From assembly GCA_951406725.2 (NCBI GenBank), contig OX597827.1, positions 14,880,001 through 14,944,000 on the forward strand: 64,000 nucleotides of DNA, read 5' to 3'. Each line of letters begins with the position of its first letter. Within the stretch, counting starts at the first letter, position 1. The DNA is from Octopus vulgaris. Taxonomy: Eukaryota. The translations under genes and the position numbers were made by a program. The notes under the pieces are model-generated. The model had not been told where the DNA came from. It saw only the letters and a list, made by a program, of their open reading frames with translations, and made no database searches. Of the stretch, positions 63,894 to 64,000 are shown piece by piece.

Positions 63894-64000
63894 GCATACA
63901 CATATGTATTCCTACAGTTATAGGAAAGTATATAAAAAATAAAAGATATTAAATTATAAAAGTATTACTTGAAAATAAAATATAAAATGAAAAGTAAATG

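Overview
AT-rich, microsatellite-saturated eukaryotic DNA. The SINE repertoire and (TA)n/(CA)n/(GATA)n density suggest an Octopus-like cephalopod (inference). Almost all ORF-track entries are microsatellite or repeat artefacts. The window appears to be mostly intronic sequence of an unidentified minus-strand gene: a 147-nt phase-0 exon at 7634-7780, a 66-nt exon candidate at 16849-16914, a 22-nt microexon candidate at 47013-47034, and weaker candidates. The rest is a dense patchwork of tRNA-derived SINEs (my labels A, B, C, E), 3' ends of RTE, BovB-like RTE, CR1 and Tx1/L1-type LINEs, a decayed DD37D mariner, hAT/piggyBac/pogo-type MITEs and non-autonomous Helitrons. The most striking unannotated layer is a set of at least 7 unrelated short repeat families carrying minimal type-I hammerhead ribozyme motifs of the Penelope-like type, often inside long inverted repeats. 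These include an apparently intact one (42558-42649, same strand as the host pre-mRNA) and a tRNA-headed SINE-like element with a hammerhead and a Penelope-style inverted duplication (8704-9135). Repeat boundaries were read by eye and are approximate unless a TSD is given.
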